Source: an uncultured Candidatus Rokubacteria bacterium (lineage in GTDB: Bacteria > Methylomirabilota > Methylomirabilia > Rokubacteriales > CSP1-6). Taken from it: a stretch of 64,000 nt of DNA. Shown in pieces: positions 39,964 through 51,516 of the stretch. Each line of letters starts with the position of its first letter. Positions within the stretch are counted from its first letter, which is position 1. Both the position numbers and the translations under genes were made by a program. The notes beneath the pieces are model-generated. The model was given only the letters and a program-made list of their open reading frames with translations, had not been told where the DNA came from and made no database searches. The stretch covers positions 128,001-192,000 of the forward strand of contig CAWBMV010000012.1 in assembly GCA_963789955.1 (NCBI GenBank), read 5' to 3'.

Positions 39964-41256
39964 CTACACGTACTTCGCGTAGACGGCCTTGATCTTGTCC
40001 TCGGCCCACTTCACGGTCTGCTCGAGATCCATCTTGTCCGTGGCGAACTGCGCGAGCGCGTCTACCATCACGAACTGCTGGTAGACCTCGTCCGCGGCCG
40101 GGGTGAGCGGCCCCGGATAGCCGGTGGTGAAGTGGTACTCGGCGTCCTGCTCGAGCGGCTTGAGCTTGGGATCCTCGCTGATGATCGGGAACGGCGGCTT
40201 GGCGTAGTTTTTCAGGAACGGCATGTTGTAGCCGGTGCTGGCCTTGGCGCCCTCGCGATAGTCGTCGACCAGCGCCTCGAGGAAGGCCTTGGCGCCATCG
40301 GCGTTCTTGCTGAACTTCGTGACGCCGTACGCGCGGCAGTTCGCGAACGAGCGGCGCGCCGCGGGCCCCTTGGGTGAGAGCGACACGAAGATCTTGTCAG
40401 CCAGCTCCTTGTTCGAGCCCTCGATCGTCCGGTAGGCGCTGATCGGGTTGTGGATCCAGGAGCCGCGCCCCGAGGCGAGCAGCCGGTTGTTGGAGGCGTC
40501 GTCCCAGGCGAGCACCTCGGGCGTCATGCAGTCCTTGTAGAGCGCCTTGTTGAACTTCAGCGCCTCGCGCACTTCCTTGGAATTGTAGGTGAGGGTCTTG
40601 CCGTCCTTGGCCACCTCGGAGCCGCCGTAGGACCACATGATCGCTCGCCAGGATGCGCGGGAGTCGTCGTGGTGGGCCAGGCCGATCCCGATCGGGAAGC
40701 CCTTGGCCTTGAGCTTCATGCCGCCCTTGTGCAGGTCATCCCAGGAGTCGGGTCCGTTGGGGAAGCCGACCTCGGTCCACAGGTCCTTGCGGTAGAGCCC
40801 GGGGAAGTCGATGAAGAAATCTGGGATCGCGTGGAATTTGCCGTCGCTGACCTTGCAGTAGTTATCGGCCAGCGGCGTCCAGCCGCCGTGCTTCTTGGCG
40901 ATCCGGTCGGCGGTGTCATTGACGTCCAGCAGCGCGGCCGCCCACTTCTCGGTGCCGGTACCCACGAGCTGGACGATGTCGTGCCCGGATTGGGTAGCGA
41001 TCTCCGCGGCGATCTTGGCGGGAATCTGCAGATGCGCGACGTGATCGATGATGACCTTGATCCCGTTCTTCGTCGACCACTGCTCGGCGAACGCGTCGAA
41101 GTACTTGTCGTACGAGGGCACGAAGTGCGTCCAGGCGAGCACCCGGACCTCCTTCGTCTGGGCCCACGCCGGGCGGACCCAGACGTGGGGGAACGCGGTG
41201 ACGGCGGTGGCGCCGGCCGCGGTCGAAATGAACTGCCGTCGCGAAACCTTGCTCAT
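39964..41256 (-). CDS. Tat-exported ABC solute-binding protein (family 1, sugar-type)
   Basis: SRRQF Tat signal; YRKDL, PDSWDDL and WDDASNN motifs. Confidence 0.88.
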   Translation of the reverse strand: MSKVSRRQFISTAAGATAVTAFPHVWVRPAWAQTKEVRVLAWTHFVPSYDKYFDAFAEQWSTKNGIKVIIDHVAHLQIPAKIAAEIATQSGHDIVQLVGTGTEKWAAALLDVNDTADRIAKKHGGWTPLADNYCKVSDGKFHAIPDFFIDFPGLYRKDLWTEVGFPNGPDSWDDLHKGGMKLKAKGFPIGIGLAHHDDSRASWRAIMWSYGGSEVAKDGKTLTYNSKEVREALKFNKALYKDCMTPEVLAWDDASNNRLLASGRGSWIHNPISAYRTIEGSNKELADKIFVSLSPKGPAARRSFANCRAYGVTKFSKNADGAKAFLEALVDDYREGAKASTGYNMPFLKNYAKPPFPIISEDPKLKPLEQDAEYHFTTGYPGPLTPAADEVYQQFVMVDALAQFATDKMDLEQTVKWAEDKIKAVYAKYV

Positions 41257-41387
41257 GCTCTCTCCTTGTCAAGGGGTATCCGGGTCACTTCAAGCACCCG
41301 CGGTGAGCCCGAGGCTGAAACGGTTGGGATGAACGCGTATCGGGGCAAAGTTACAGCGACTTAACACCCGCCTCGAAGCCGAGTCAA

Positions 41388-42767
41388 CTACACGATCTGC
41401 CAGCGGGATCGCGGAAACGTCGTGCCCGTGCGGGTCTGCAGCTTCTCGCCGATCTCCTGCACCTTCGCGAAGAGCCGCGGCTCGTCGACGAACGTCTGGC
41501 GATAGGCGTCGACCACCACCTTGCCGTCGACGATGACGGTGTGCACGCTGCGGCCGTCGGCGTTGTAGACGAGGTTGTTGATCGGGTTGAAGAGCGCCTG
41601 CCATTCCGGGCGCTGCGTGTCGAAGAGCACCAGGTCGGCTTTCTTGCCCGGCTCGATCGAGCCGATCTCGTCGTCGACGCCGAGGGCCTGAGCGCCCACG
41701 ATCGTCGCCATCTCGAGCGCCGCTTCGGCCGGGATCATCCGCGTGTCCTGGCGGGCGTCCTTGTACTGGATGGCCGCCATGTTCATCGCGCGCACGATGT
41801 CGAGATGGTTCGAGTTGTTGGGCGAGTCGCAGCCGAGCGCGATCTTGACGCCCTTGGCGAGAAGCTCCGGCATGCGCCCGTGCTCCGGGATGCCGCGGCC
41901 GCCCTTCGCGGCGGTGACCGGGCACATCGCGACCTTCGTGCCCGTGCGCGCCAGGCACTCGATCTCGGCGTCGTCCACGCCGAGCGCGTGCGCCAGCACC
42001 ACGTTCGGCCCGAGCACGCCGAGCGACTCGAGGTATTCGGTGGGAGTCTTACCGTGACGCGCTTGATAGTCTTTGCGCGCCTGGGGCCCGCTTCCGTGGT
42101 GGAGGGTCAGATAGGTGTTGTGCTCGTCCGCCACGGCCTTGGCCGCGCGCAGGAGGTCCGCGCTACACGTCTCCGGCGAGAACGGCATGGCCCACGCCTT
42201 GATCCGGCCGTCGAGTCGCCCCTGCCACTTGCCGAGGAACGCGGCGGTTCGCTTGACCGCGTCGTTCGTGGCGTAGCGGGGCAGGGGAAACGGCGCGTCC
42301 TGGTCGGAGACGCACTCGCCGATGATCACGCGAATGCCGGCGTCGTCGTACGCCTGCAGGCACGCGTCCGGGAACTTCGTGCTGCCGGGATCGACGAAGC
42401 AGACCGTCCCGCTCTTCAGGAGCTCCACGAGCCCCAGCAGGGTGGTGGCGTGCTCCTCTTCCTCGGTCATCGCCATCTGCAGCTTGAACACGTGACTCAA
42501 CGGGCTCGCGAGGTTGTCGGGGAAGATGCCGCGTACGGCATGGGCGTAGCTGATGTGCATGTGGCCGTTGACGAAGCCCGGCGTCACGAGCAGATGGCGC
42601 GCGTCGATCACGCGGTCGGCCTGGGCGTTCGCCAGGGCAGCCGCCTTGCCGACGCGGCTCACCTTGCCGTCTTCGACGAGGATCGAGCCGTCCTGGATGA
42701 TTCGGCGCTCGCGGTCGACGGTGACGACGTAGCGGGCGTTGTCGATCTTGAGGCTCTGGGCGGGCAT
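41388..42767 (-). CDS. Amidohydrolase family (MTA/SAH deaminase-like)
   Basis: PGFVNGHMH, LAH, GCDS and GSIEPGKKADL motifs. Confidence 0.88.
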   Translation of the reverse strand: MPAQSLKIDNARYVVTVDRERRIIQDGSILVEDGKVSRVGKAAALANAQADRVIDARHLLVTPGFVNGHMHISYAHAVRGIFPDNLASPLSHVFKLQMAMTEEEEHATTLLGLVELLKSGTVCFVDPGSTKFPDACLQAYDDAGIRVIIGECVSDQDAPFPLPRYATNDAVKRTAAFLGKWQGRLDGRIKAWAMPFSPETCSADLLRAAKAVADEHNTYLTLHHGSGPQARKDYQARHGKTPTEYLESLGVLGPNVVLAHALGVDDAEIECLARTGTKVAMCPVTAAKGGRGIPEHGRMPELLAKGVKIALGCDSPNNSNHLDIVRAMNMAAIQYKDARQDTRMIPAEAALEMATIVGAQALGVDDEIGSIEPGKKADLVLFDTQRPEWQALFNPINNLVYNADGRSVHTVIVDGKVVVDAYRQTFVDEPRLFAKVQEIGEKLQTRTGTTFPRSRWQIV

Positions 42768-42790
42768 CGCGGGTCCTAGCGTGGCCGCGA

Positions 42791-43585
42791 TCAACGGCCC
42801 TGGAACTGCGGCCGGCGCTTTTCGGAGAACGCCTTGACGCCTTCTTGATAGTCCTGGCTATTGAAGCAGTCGGCGATGAGCTTCTCGAGCATCGCCAGAT
42901 CGCGCTCGCCGTCGGGACGCACGAGCTGCTCGACGGTCGCCTTGGCCGAGCGCAGGGTGAGCGGCGCGTTCTTGGCCATCGTCAGCGCGTAGTTGCGCGT
43001 GAAGGCTTCGAGCTCGGCCTTCGGCACGACCTGGTTCACCAGCCCCATGCGGAGGGCGTCCTGCGCGCTGAAGTCGGTGCGCGCGGTGAAGAAGATCTCC
43101 TTCGTGTAGGCGGGCCCCACGAGCTTCATGAGCTTTTCCATGCCCTTGTAGTGGTAGCCGAGGCCGAGCCGCGCCGCGGGGATCCCGAATCGCGCGTCGT
43201 CCGAGGCGATGCGCATGTCGCAGCCGATCGCGATGCCGACGCCGCCGCCGACACAGTAGCCGTGGATCATCGCGAGGAGCGGCTTGGTCAACGTGCCGAG
43301 CGCGCTCTGACCTTTCTCCGAGATCCGGCTGTATTCCTCCTGATCGGCCATGTTGCGCCGCCGCTCCTTGAACTGCGAGATGTCGGCACCGGCCACGAAC
43401 GCCTGGTCGCCGGCACCGCGCAGGACGACGACACGGATCGCGTCGTCGGTGGCGAGATCGCGAACGTAGTCGGGCATGAGCTGCCACATCTCGAGGCTCA
43501 CCGCGTTGCGCTTCTCGGGCTGGTTGAAGATGATCCAGCCGATCGGTCCGTCCTTTTGCAGCAGGAGCTTCGATGTCTCGCTCAT
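42791..43585 (-). CDS. Enoyl-CoA hydratase/isomerase family protein
   Basis: NQPEKRNA, AFVAGADI, GYCVGGG and EGVKAFSEKRRP motifs. Confidence 0.92.
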   Translation of the reverse strand: MSETSKLLLQKDGPIGWIIFNQPEKRNAVSLEMWQLMPDYVRDLATDDAIRVVVLRGAGDQAFVAGADISQFKERRRNMADQEEYSRISEKGQSALGTLTKPLLAMIHGYCVGGGVGIAIGCDMRIASDDARFGIPAARLGLGYHYKGMEKLMKLVGPAYTKEIFFTARTDFSAQDALRMGLVNQVVPKAELEAFTRNYALTMAKNAPLTLRSAKATVEQLVRPDGERDLAMLEKLIADCFNSQDYQEGVKAFSEKRRPQFQGR

Positions 43586-43634
43586 GGCGCTCTCCTGGTC
43601 GGGGGTTTGAGGTCAAAGCTACCGTGCCCCGCGC

Positions 43635-44963
43635 CTACTTGTCCAGCCAGACCTCCTGCATCCGCCCGTAGTTGTAGAGCGCGTTGTGCGGGACCAGATT
43701 CTTCACGTGGGGCCACTGGGTGAAGTATTCCTTGCGCCAGCCGAGCATCGGCCGGGCCACGTCGGCCTCGAGCTTGCGCTGGATGTCCCAGACGATCCGC
43801 ATCCGCTTCGCGCGGTCGAGCTCCTGCGACTGCGCGTCGATGAGGCGGTCGACCTGCTCGTCGCAATAGTCAGTGTAGTTGCGCGGCGAGCCGCACTTGT
43901 AGTTCTCGAAGAAGTACGCGTCGGGGTCGTCGACGACTCCCGCGGTCAGGTTGGCGCCGATCTGGAACTCGCGCCGCGCGAGCGTGGGAAACCACGCGGC
44001 CGTGTCGACCTGCCGTACGGCGGCCTCGATGCCGACCTGCTTGAGCTGGTCCACGACGAACGACGCCAGATCGATATAGATCGCGAAATTGCGCGTGACC
44101 AGGTCGACCTTGAGCGCGGTCCCGCTCACCCCGGCGGCGGCGAGCAGGCGCTTGGCCTCGGCCTTGTCCTGCGCGGCGGCGCGATAGCCCGGGAGCGTCC
44201 TGACCTCTTTGTCCGGCAGCCCCCAGGCCCCGAACGGTGGCGACATCAGCGCGGGCCCGACGAAGGCGCCGCCCTGACGCACGCCCTGGACGAATCCGTG
44301 GCGATCCAGGGCCAGGCTGACGGCGCGCCGGATCGCGACCTTGTCGAACGGCGGCCGCTTGTGGTTCAGGATCACGTTGTCACTGCCGTTCTGCGCGATC
44401 TCGGTGACCACGAGCGCGGGCGTGTTCTTCTTCGCGGTCTCGGCCATGAGCTTCGTCATCTCGAGCGGGATCGAGACGTCGAGCTGTCCGGCCTGGAGCG
44501 CGGCCAGCCGCGTGCCGCGCTCGGTGATGATCGGGTAGCGGATTCCGTCGAGATAGGGCCGGTCCTTGACGAAGTAGTCGGGGTTGCGTTCGAGCTCGAT
44601 CACCTGACCGCGTACGTACTCCTTGAGCTTGAACGGACCGGTGCCGACGCAGCGCTGGCGCAGGTCGGCCAGCGGCACGTGCGCCGGATAGACCGGCGAG
44701 TAGCCCGAGGCCAGCAGGAGCAGGAGCGAGGGTTGCGGGCGCTTGAGCCGGAAGATCACGGTCTGCGCGTCGGGTGTCTCGATCGCGTCGACGTTCTCGT
44801 ACCAATCTTTTCTTGGACTCAATCGAAGCTTCGCGGGCGCGTCGCGCGCCTCGCGGACCACGTCGAAGGTGTACTTGACGTCCTTCGCGGTGAACGGCTG
44901 GCCGTCGTGCCAGCGGACGTTCTTTCGAAGGAAGAACACGAGATTGCGGTAGTTGTCCTGCCA
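43635..44963 (-). pseudogene. ABC family 5 solute-binding protein, N-terminus missing
   Basis: Starts abruptly at WQDNYRNLVFFLRKNVRWHDG; VGTGPFK motif; ends MQEVWLDK. Confidence 0.82.
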
Positions 44964-45647
44964 GGCAACACCCGCGATCGCCAGGGCCGCCTGGTGTCGT
45001 GCGAGCACGACGCGCGGCGCGTGACGCGGACCGAGCACGACGGCACCATCACGGTCGTGGCCGACCGCTACCAGGGCAAGCCGCTGAACTCGCCGAACGA
45101 CGTCATCTGCAAGTCGGACGGGTCCATCTGGTTCAGCGATCCGCCCTTCGGGATCCTCGGCAACTACGAGGGCCACGTGGCGACGCCGGAGCTGCCGACC
45201 AACGTCTATCGCGTCGACGGCCGGACGGGCGAGGTGGCCGCCGTCACCAGCGACATTCCACGGCCCAATGGCCTCTGCTTCAGCCCGGACGAGTCGAAGC
45301 TCTACGTCGTCGTCAGCGGCGCGGTGCCGCGCGAGATCCGGGTGTTCGACGTCGTCGGCGGGACGAGCCTCGCCAACAACCGGGTGTTCATCAATTGCGG
45401 CGACGGCGTTCCGGACGGCATGCGCTGCGACGTCGACGGCAACCTCTGGTGCGGCTGGGGCGGCGGCGAAAGCCTGGACGGCGTGTCGATCTTCAACCCG
45501 TCCGCCAAGCTCATCGGGCACATCTCGCTCCCGGAGCGCTGCGCCAACCTCTGCTTCGGGGGGCTCAAGCGCAATCGGCTCTTCATGGCGGCGAGCCAGT
45601 CGCTCTACGCGCTCTACGTGAACACGCAGGGAGTCCAGGGCGGCTAG
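44964..45647 (+). pseudogene. SMP-30/gluconolactonase family, N-terminus missing
   Basis: Starts abruptly at GNTRDRQGRLVSCEH; LNSPNDV, PNGLCFSPDE, PDGMRCD and ANLCFGG motifs. Confidence 0.85.
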
Positions 45648-45669
45648 GCTCCGCGAGCGAGGAGGACGC

Positions 45670-47260
45670 ATGGAACGCCGGAGATCTGGATCGATCATCG
45701 TCGCGGCGCTGGCTGTGCTCGCCGTCGTCGCGCCGGCCGCGGCGCAGAACCGCTACAGCTTCACCGATGCCGCGAAGTCGCCGCTGAACTTCTCGAAGGC
45801 CACCGTGAAGCCGCAGATCGCCTGCCCCGACGTGCGAAGCCTGGTCTCGGGCGGCATGACGATCGGGGCGGTGGAGATCGTCGCGGCCGCCGAGGGCGTG
45901 CCGGAGCACTGCCGGGTCACCGGCACGATCGCGCCGGAGATCCACTTCGAGGTGAATCTGCCGGCGGCGTGGAACCGGCGCTTCTACATGAGCGGCAACG
46001 GCGGGTTCGCGGGCGAGGTCTCCGACAGCCCGCCCCGGGCCGCGGTGCGCGCCGCGGCGCTGCGGCAGGGTTTCGTGACCGCCACGACCAACACGGGTCA
46101 CGACGCGACGAAGGAGCCCCTGGCGAGCTTCGCGGTCGATCCGCAGAAGGTGACGGACTACGCGTTTCGGGCGGTGCACCTGACCGCGCTCACCGCGAAG
46201 GGAATCGCCACACGGTACTACGACCGTCCGGTCGCCTACTCGTACTGGGACGGCTGCTCCACCGGCGGCCGGCAGGCGTTGATCTCGGCGCAGCGATTCC
46301 CGGGAGACTTCGACGGGATCGTCGCCGGCGCGCCCGTGCTCAACTTCGTCGATACGACCATCGCCGGACTCTGGAACGCCCGCGCGGTGTCCGACGGGCC
46401 GCTGACGCTCGAGGCGATGAAGCTCGTCGCCGACGCGGTCTACGCGAAGTGCGGGGGCGCCGACGGGGTCATCGATGATCCGCGGCGCTGCGCCTTCGAT
46501 CCGACACGCGACTTGCCGAAATGCTCCGGCGGCATCGGGTCGGGCTGCGTCACCGAGTCGCAGGCCAACGCCCTCAAGAAGATCTACGGCGGCGTGACCA
46601 AGGACGGCAAGCCCTACTTCCCCGGGCCAGCCGCTCGGCGCCGAGAAGGCCGGCGTGTCCCCGTTCGGCGACGCGCAGCCTTCGAGCGGCTGGGACCGAT
46701 GGCTGATCGGCCGCGACGGCGGCAAGTCGCTCCAGCTCGCCTACGGCGAATCGTTCATGCGGTACATGGCGTTCGGCAAGCCGGATCCGAGCTACGACTG
46801 GAAGACGTTCGACTTCGATAAGGACCCGGACCGGATGGGCGACATCCGCAAGCTCCTCAACGCGACCGACCCGGATCTCTCGCTGTTCCGCAACCGCGGC
46901 GGCAAGCTCTTGATGTACTTCGGCTGGGCCGACACGGCGCTGACGCCGTTCATGGCGATCGACTACTACGAGAAGGCGCTTGCGGCGAACGGCCCGGACA
47001 CGCGCGATTTCTTCCGCTTCTTCCTGGTCCCGGGCATGTTCCATTGCCGGGGCGGCGTCGGCACCGACCGCTTCGACGCGATGACCACCTTGATCAACTG
47101 GGTCGAAGGCGGCACGGCGCCCGACACGATTCCCGCGTCGCGCGTCGAGCAGGACCAGGTCAAGCGCACGCGGCCGCTCTGCCCGTACCCGCGCGTCGCG
47201 CGCTACAAGGGCTCGGGCAGCATCGACGATGGGGCGAGCTTCGCCTGCGCCGACCCCTGA
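45670..47260 (+). CDS. Tannase/feruloyl esterase family alpha/beta hydrolase, secreted; frameshift near 46625
   Basis: GNGGFAG, GCSTGG nucleophile motif, GWAD, PGMFHC and RPLCPYP. Confidence 0.9.
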
Positions 47261-47264
47261 GGCG

Positions 47265-48060
47265 TCAGCCGCGCGTGATCTGCCCGATGCCGGGCAGGCG
47301 GCCCAGGAAATTGCCGGTGATGCCGCCGTCGACGACGAGATCGTGGCCGTTGACGTAGCGCGAATCGGGACCGAGCAGGAACGCGATGACGTCGGCCATG
47401 TCCTCGGGCGTGGCGACGCGGCCCAGTGGGACGAGCGCGTCACGCTCGGCGGCGATCTTCTGATCGGCGTAGACCTTCTCGGTCATGCCCGTGCGCACCA
47501 TCCCGGGCGAGACCGTGTTGACCCTGATCCCGTCCCGGCCGAGCTCCTGCGCCAACACCTGCGCGAGCATGATCACCGCGGCCTTGGTCGGGCCGTACGG
47601 GCCGAGGTTCGCGTGCGCGTTGGTGCCGGACATCGAGCCCACCGCGACGATGGCGCCACGCGACGCCTTGAGCGCCGGATACGCCGCCTTCGCGAGGAGC
47701 CACGTGGCCCGCGTGTTCACGGCGAATACACGGTCCCAGTCGTCGACCGAGTAGCTGACCAGCGGGCCAGGGCGGTTGATACCCGGCGTTGCTCACCAGC
47801 CCGTCGAGCCCGCCGAACCGGCTGACCGCTTCGCCGACGACCCGCGCGGGCGCGTCGGCGGTGCCCATGTCGCCGTGGAGCGCGAGCGGCTCGGCCTCGT
47901 GCTTTCGCAGCTCGTCCAGCAGGCCGTCGAGGCCCGGCGACGGGCCGATGTCGACGGCCGCGATCTGGGCTTTCTTTCCCTGGGCCCGCGCATCGCGCGC
48001 CAGGCGCAGACACGTCGCCCGTCCGATTCCGCTCGCCGCTCCGGTCACCAGAACACGCAT
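47265..48060 (-). CDS. SDR family oxidoreductase; frameshift near 47780
   Basis: MRVLVTGAASGIG, SNAG and YGPTK motifs. Confidence 0.85.
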
Positions 48061-48099
48061 GGCCACCTCCGCGTTGCGAGTGTACAACGGTAAACGGCC

Positions 48100-49012
48100 G
48101 TGACACCTTCGATCCAACTCGACGCGGTCGCGGGCGGCGCCGGCGGAAGCTGGTACGTGCTGATGGAAGGCGTGGCGCGTCTGGTCGGCGAGATCCATCC
48201 GGAGATTCGCATCCGGGTCGTCGAGGGCGGCGGGGTCTCGAATCACGCGCGGGTTGGAGCGGGCGAGAGTCCCCATGGGCATTCTCAATCCGCCCATGAC
48301 CGCCGCGGCCCTCGCGGGTCGGCGACCGTACGAACAGCGCTATCCGGCGCTGCGTATCGGCGCCGCCAATCTCACCACCAACCATTTGCACTGCTTCGTC
48401 GAGCGCGCGTCGCCGCTCGATTCGGTCGCGTCGTGGCTCGAAGGTCGCCAGCCCGTGCGGATGCCGGTCGATCGCGTCGGCACCGTCGATCGCATGGTGT
48501 TTCAGCTCACGCTCGGTCATTTCGGTGTCGCCGAGCCCGATGTGGAACGCTGGGGCGGCGCGCTCGTACCCGCGCGCAGCTACGACGAGCAGCTGGTGCT
48601 GTACCGAGCGGGCACGGTGAACGCGTTGTGGCAGTTCATGGGGATTCCGTCGCCGTCGATCGAGGCGGCCAACACGTTGCGTCCGCTCCGGCCGCTGGCG
48701 TTTCCCGAGAGCCTCATCGTCGCGCTCGAGCGTCTGGGCTGGACGCCGGCGACCTTGCCGGCCGGTGCGTACGGGATCGTCGACCGGCCGGTGCCGACAG
48801 TCGCGATGGGGACGTCGCTGGGCTTCCACGCCGACGTCCCGGACGACGTCGTGTACAAGATCGTTCGCGTTGTCTGCGAACAGCGTGAGCGCGTCCGCCG
48901 GATCCACCCGGCGGCGGCCGGGTTCGACCCGACGGACGCGCCTCGTCTCGCTCGCGGGCCGCTGCACCTTGGCGCCGCGAGATACTTCCGCGAGGCGGGG
49001 CTTTTGGCCTGA
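48100..49012 (+). CDS. TAXI family TRAP transporter solute receptor; frameshift near 48265
   Basis: GGAGGSWY, GGGVSN, DVPDDVVYKI and PLHLGAARYFRE motifs. Confidence 0.8.
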
Positions 49013-49119
49013 GTTCGCGTCGAACCCGACGCGGAATCCCTCCGACTCGCGCGGGCGTCCCACCGTTCAAGGGCGAGGGATGTCCTGGGCGCTCGCACCG
49101 GGCGCGGAGGAGGTCGACC

Positions 49120-49784
49120 ATGCTCAGAGCGGATGGTCGTAACGTCGCGTCGATCCTGCGCCGTGATCCTGGTGGCGTGGTTTCTGTTCGTGCTCGCAGC
49201 CGGCTTCGCGGGCTTCGTTCGAGTCGGGGCCCTCGCGGCCGCCGCTGGCGGTGCTCGTGGCGGTCGCCGGACCGCCCCTGATCTTTGCCGCGGCATATCG
49301 CGCATCGCGACGCTTCCGCGATTTCGTGCTCGCGATCGATCTGCGGCTCCTCACGGCCGTCCAGAGCTGGCGTGTGATCGGCGTCATGTTCCTGGCCTTC
49401 TACGCCGTCGGCCTGCTGCCCGGTCTCTTCGCGTGGCCGGCCGGTGTTGGTGATGCGGCCGTCGGGCTGGCGGCGCCGTTCGTGCTGCTGGCGATGGTCC
49501 GTCGTAGCTCGACGTGGCGCCGTCAGGTGCTGTGGCTCAACATCGCCGGGCTCGTCGACTTCATCGGCGCCGTCGGGACGGGCGTGCTGTCCAGCAACGA
49601 CTCGATCGGGCTCGTCGGCGACGGAGCGACGCGCGTGTCTCTCGGATCGCTCCCGCTGAGCCTGATCCCGACGTTCGCGGTGCCGCTGTGGACGCTCTTT
49701 CACATCGTGTCGCTGCTGCAGCTGGCACGGACGGCGGGAACGGTGTCGGCGAGAGAGGGGACGGTCGCGACCGCGGGGATCTGA
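49120..49784 (+). CDS. Hypothetical integral membrane protein; frameshifts in the 5' part
   Basis: GGAGGAGG RBS; multiple TM helices; QSWRVIG, PAGVGD and PLSLIPTFAVP motifs. Confidence 0.7.
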
Positions 49785-49794
49785 GCGCGGTCGC

Positions 49795-50238
49795 TCAGCG
49801 CCCGATGCCGCGCGCCATCAGCACGGCCATCAGCGGCATGAGCGCCAGCAAACCGAGCTCGATGTGAATCAAGCGCCGGGCGGCGGCGATCTCGTCGCCG
49901 GCCGGCGCAGTGCCGCGCTCCGCGGCCGCGCGCTTCCAGCGCAGGAACGTGCGCGTGGGCGTGATCGAGATCGCCGCGATGATCACGTAGAGGGCCATCT
50001 TCACCCAGAACGTCGGGTTACCCGTGTAGAAGCTGACGCCCTTGGCGTAGAAGAACAGGCGGAGCAGGCCGGTGGCGAGCGCGGCGAGGGCGGAGGCGAA
50101 GAAGACGGCGTCGATGCCCGCGAGCCGACGCGCCTGCTCGGTCGTCATCCCCGCGCGGCACATGACCAGCTCACCGACCAGAAAGCCGGCGAGGAGGATG
50201 ATGCTCAGGTAGTGCAGGTACGCGATCAACGGTTCCAT
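49795..50238 (-). CDS. DUF2214 family membrane protein
   Basis: AYLHYL, TGLLRLFFYAKG..FY..NP.FWVK and AVLMARG motifs. Confidence 0.85.
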   Translation of the reverse strand: MEPLIAYLHYLSIILLAGFLVGELVMCRAGMTTEQARRLAGIDAVFFASALAALATGLLRLFFYAKGVSFYTGNPTFWVKMALYVIIAAISITPTRTFLRWKRAAAERGTAPAGDEIAAARRLIHIELGLLALMPLMAVLMARGIGR

Positions 50239-50342
50239 GGTCGGCCGATGCTATGCCGCGGCGCCGTCACGGTCAACGGTCCTCGATCGTCGGGGCTGGA
50301 GTAGAATGCAGGGCCACGACGGAAGAGGAGGGCGACCGGTCC

Positions 50343-51512
50343 ATGACGATCAAGGGCAAGGCGTACATCGCGGGAATCTTCGAGCACCCCACGCGCAAGG
50401 CCGACACCCAGTCGCTGGCCCAGCTGCACGCCGAGTCCGGACTGGGCGCGCTGGCCGACGCGGGACTGAAAAAGGACGACGTCGACGGCTACTTCTGCGC
50501 GGGCGACGCGCCCGGCCTCGGCCCGCTCTCGATGGCCGACTACATGGGGCTGAAGCTCCGCCACATGGACACGACGGAGACGGGCGGCTCCTCGTACGTG
50601 ATCCACGTCGCGCACGCCGCCGAGGCGATCGCGCTCGGTAAGTGCAACGTCGCGCTGATCACCCTGGCCGGCCGGCCCCGCGCCGAGGGGATGGCGACCG
50701 GCACCGTCCCGCGCGCGCCGGTCGCGTCCGTTCCCGACGCGCCGTTCGAGTATCCGTTCGGCCCGACCGTCGTGAACCAGTACGCGATGGCGGCGATGCG
50801 CCACATGTACCAGTACGGCACGACGAGCGCACAGCTCGCGTGGATCAAGGTGGCCGCCTCGCAGCACGCGCAGCACAACCCGCATGCCCTCCTGCGCGAG
50901 GTCGTCACGGTCGAAGAGGTCATCAACTCGCCGATGATCTCCGACCCGCTGCACCGGCTCGACTGCTGCGTCATCACCGACGGCGGCGGTGCGATCGTGG
51001 TCGTGAAGCCGGAGATCGCGAAGAGCCTGAAGCGGCCGCTCGTGAAGGTGCTGGGCGCCGGCGAGGCGCCGAAGCATCAGATGGGCGGCAAGATCGACCT
51101 GACCTACTCGGGCGCGGTCTGGTCCGGACCCACGGCGTTCGCCGAGGCCGGCGTGACGCATTCCGACATCAAGTACGTGTCGATCTACGACAGCTTCACG
51201 ATCACCGTGCTCATCACGCTCGAGGATCTCGGCTTCGCGGCGAAGGGGCAGGGCGGCAAGCTCGTCGCCGACGGCAACCTGATCTCGGGCGTCGGCAAGC
51301 TGCCGTTCAACACCGACGGCGGCGGGCTCTGCAACAACCATCCAGCCAACCGCGGCGGTCTCACGAAGGTCGTGGAGGCGGTGCGGCAGCTCCGCGGCGA
51401 GGCGCATCCGAAGGTGCAGGTGAAGAACTGCGACATCGCGCTGGCGCACGGCACCGGCGGTTCGCTCGGCACGCGGCACGGCAGCGCCACCGTGATCCTG
51501 GGCAGGGAGTGA
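50343..51512 (+). CDS. Thiolase-superfamily (SCP-x/Ltp2-like) protein
   Basis: NPHA, DPLHRLDCC..DGGGA, IYDSFT, NTDGGGL and EAVRQLRGEA motifs. Confidence 0.9.
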   Translation: MTIKGKAYIAGIFEHPTRKADTQSLAQLHAESGLGALADAGLKKDDVDGYFCAGDAPGLGPLSMADYMGLKLRHMDTTETGGSSYVIHVAHAAEAIALGKCNVALITLAGRPRAEGMATGTVPRAPVASVPDAPFEYPFGPTVVNQYAMAAMRHMYQYGTTSAQLAWIKVAASQHAQHNPHALLREVVTVEEVINSPMISDPLHRLDCCVITDGGGAIVVVKPEIAKSLKRPLVKVLGAGEAPKHQMGGKIDLTYSGAVWSGPTAFAEAGVTHSDIKYVSIYDSFTITVLITLEDLGFAAKGQGGKLVADGNLISGVGKLPFNTDGGGLCNNHPANRGGLTKVVEAVRQLRGEAHPKVQVKNCDIALAHGTGGSLGTRHGSATVILGRE

Positions 51513-51516
51513 GACG

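Noticed and set aside
43635..45698. Apparent 687-aa and 653-aa overlapping fusion proteins
   Set aside because: Each is one truncated real gene plus antisense translation of the other across the 44963/44964 junction.
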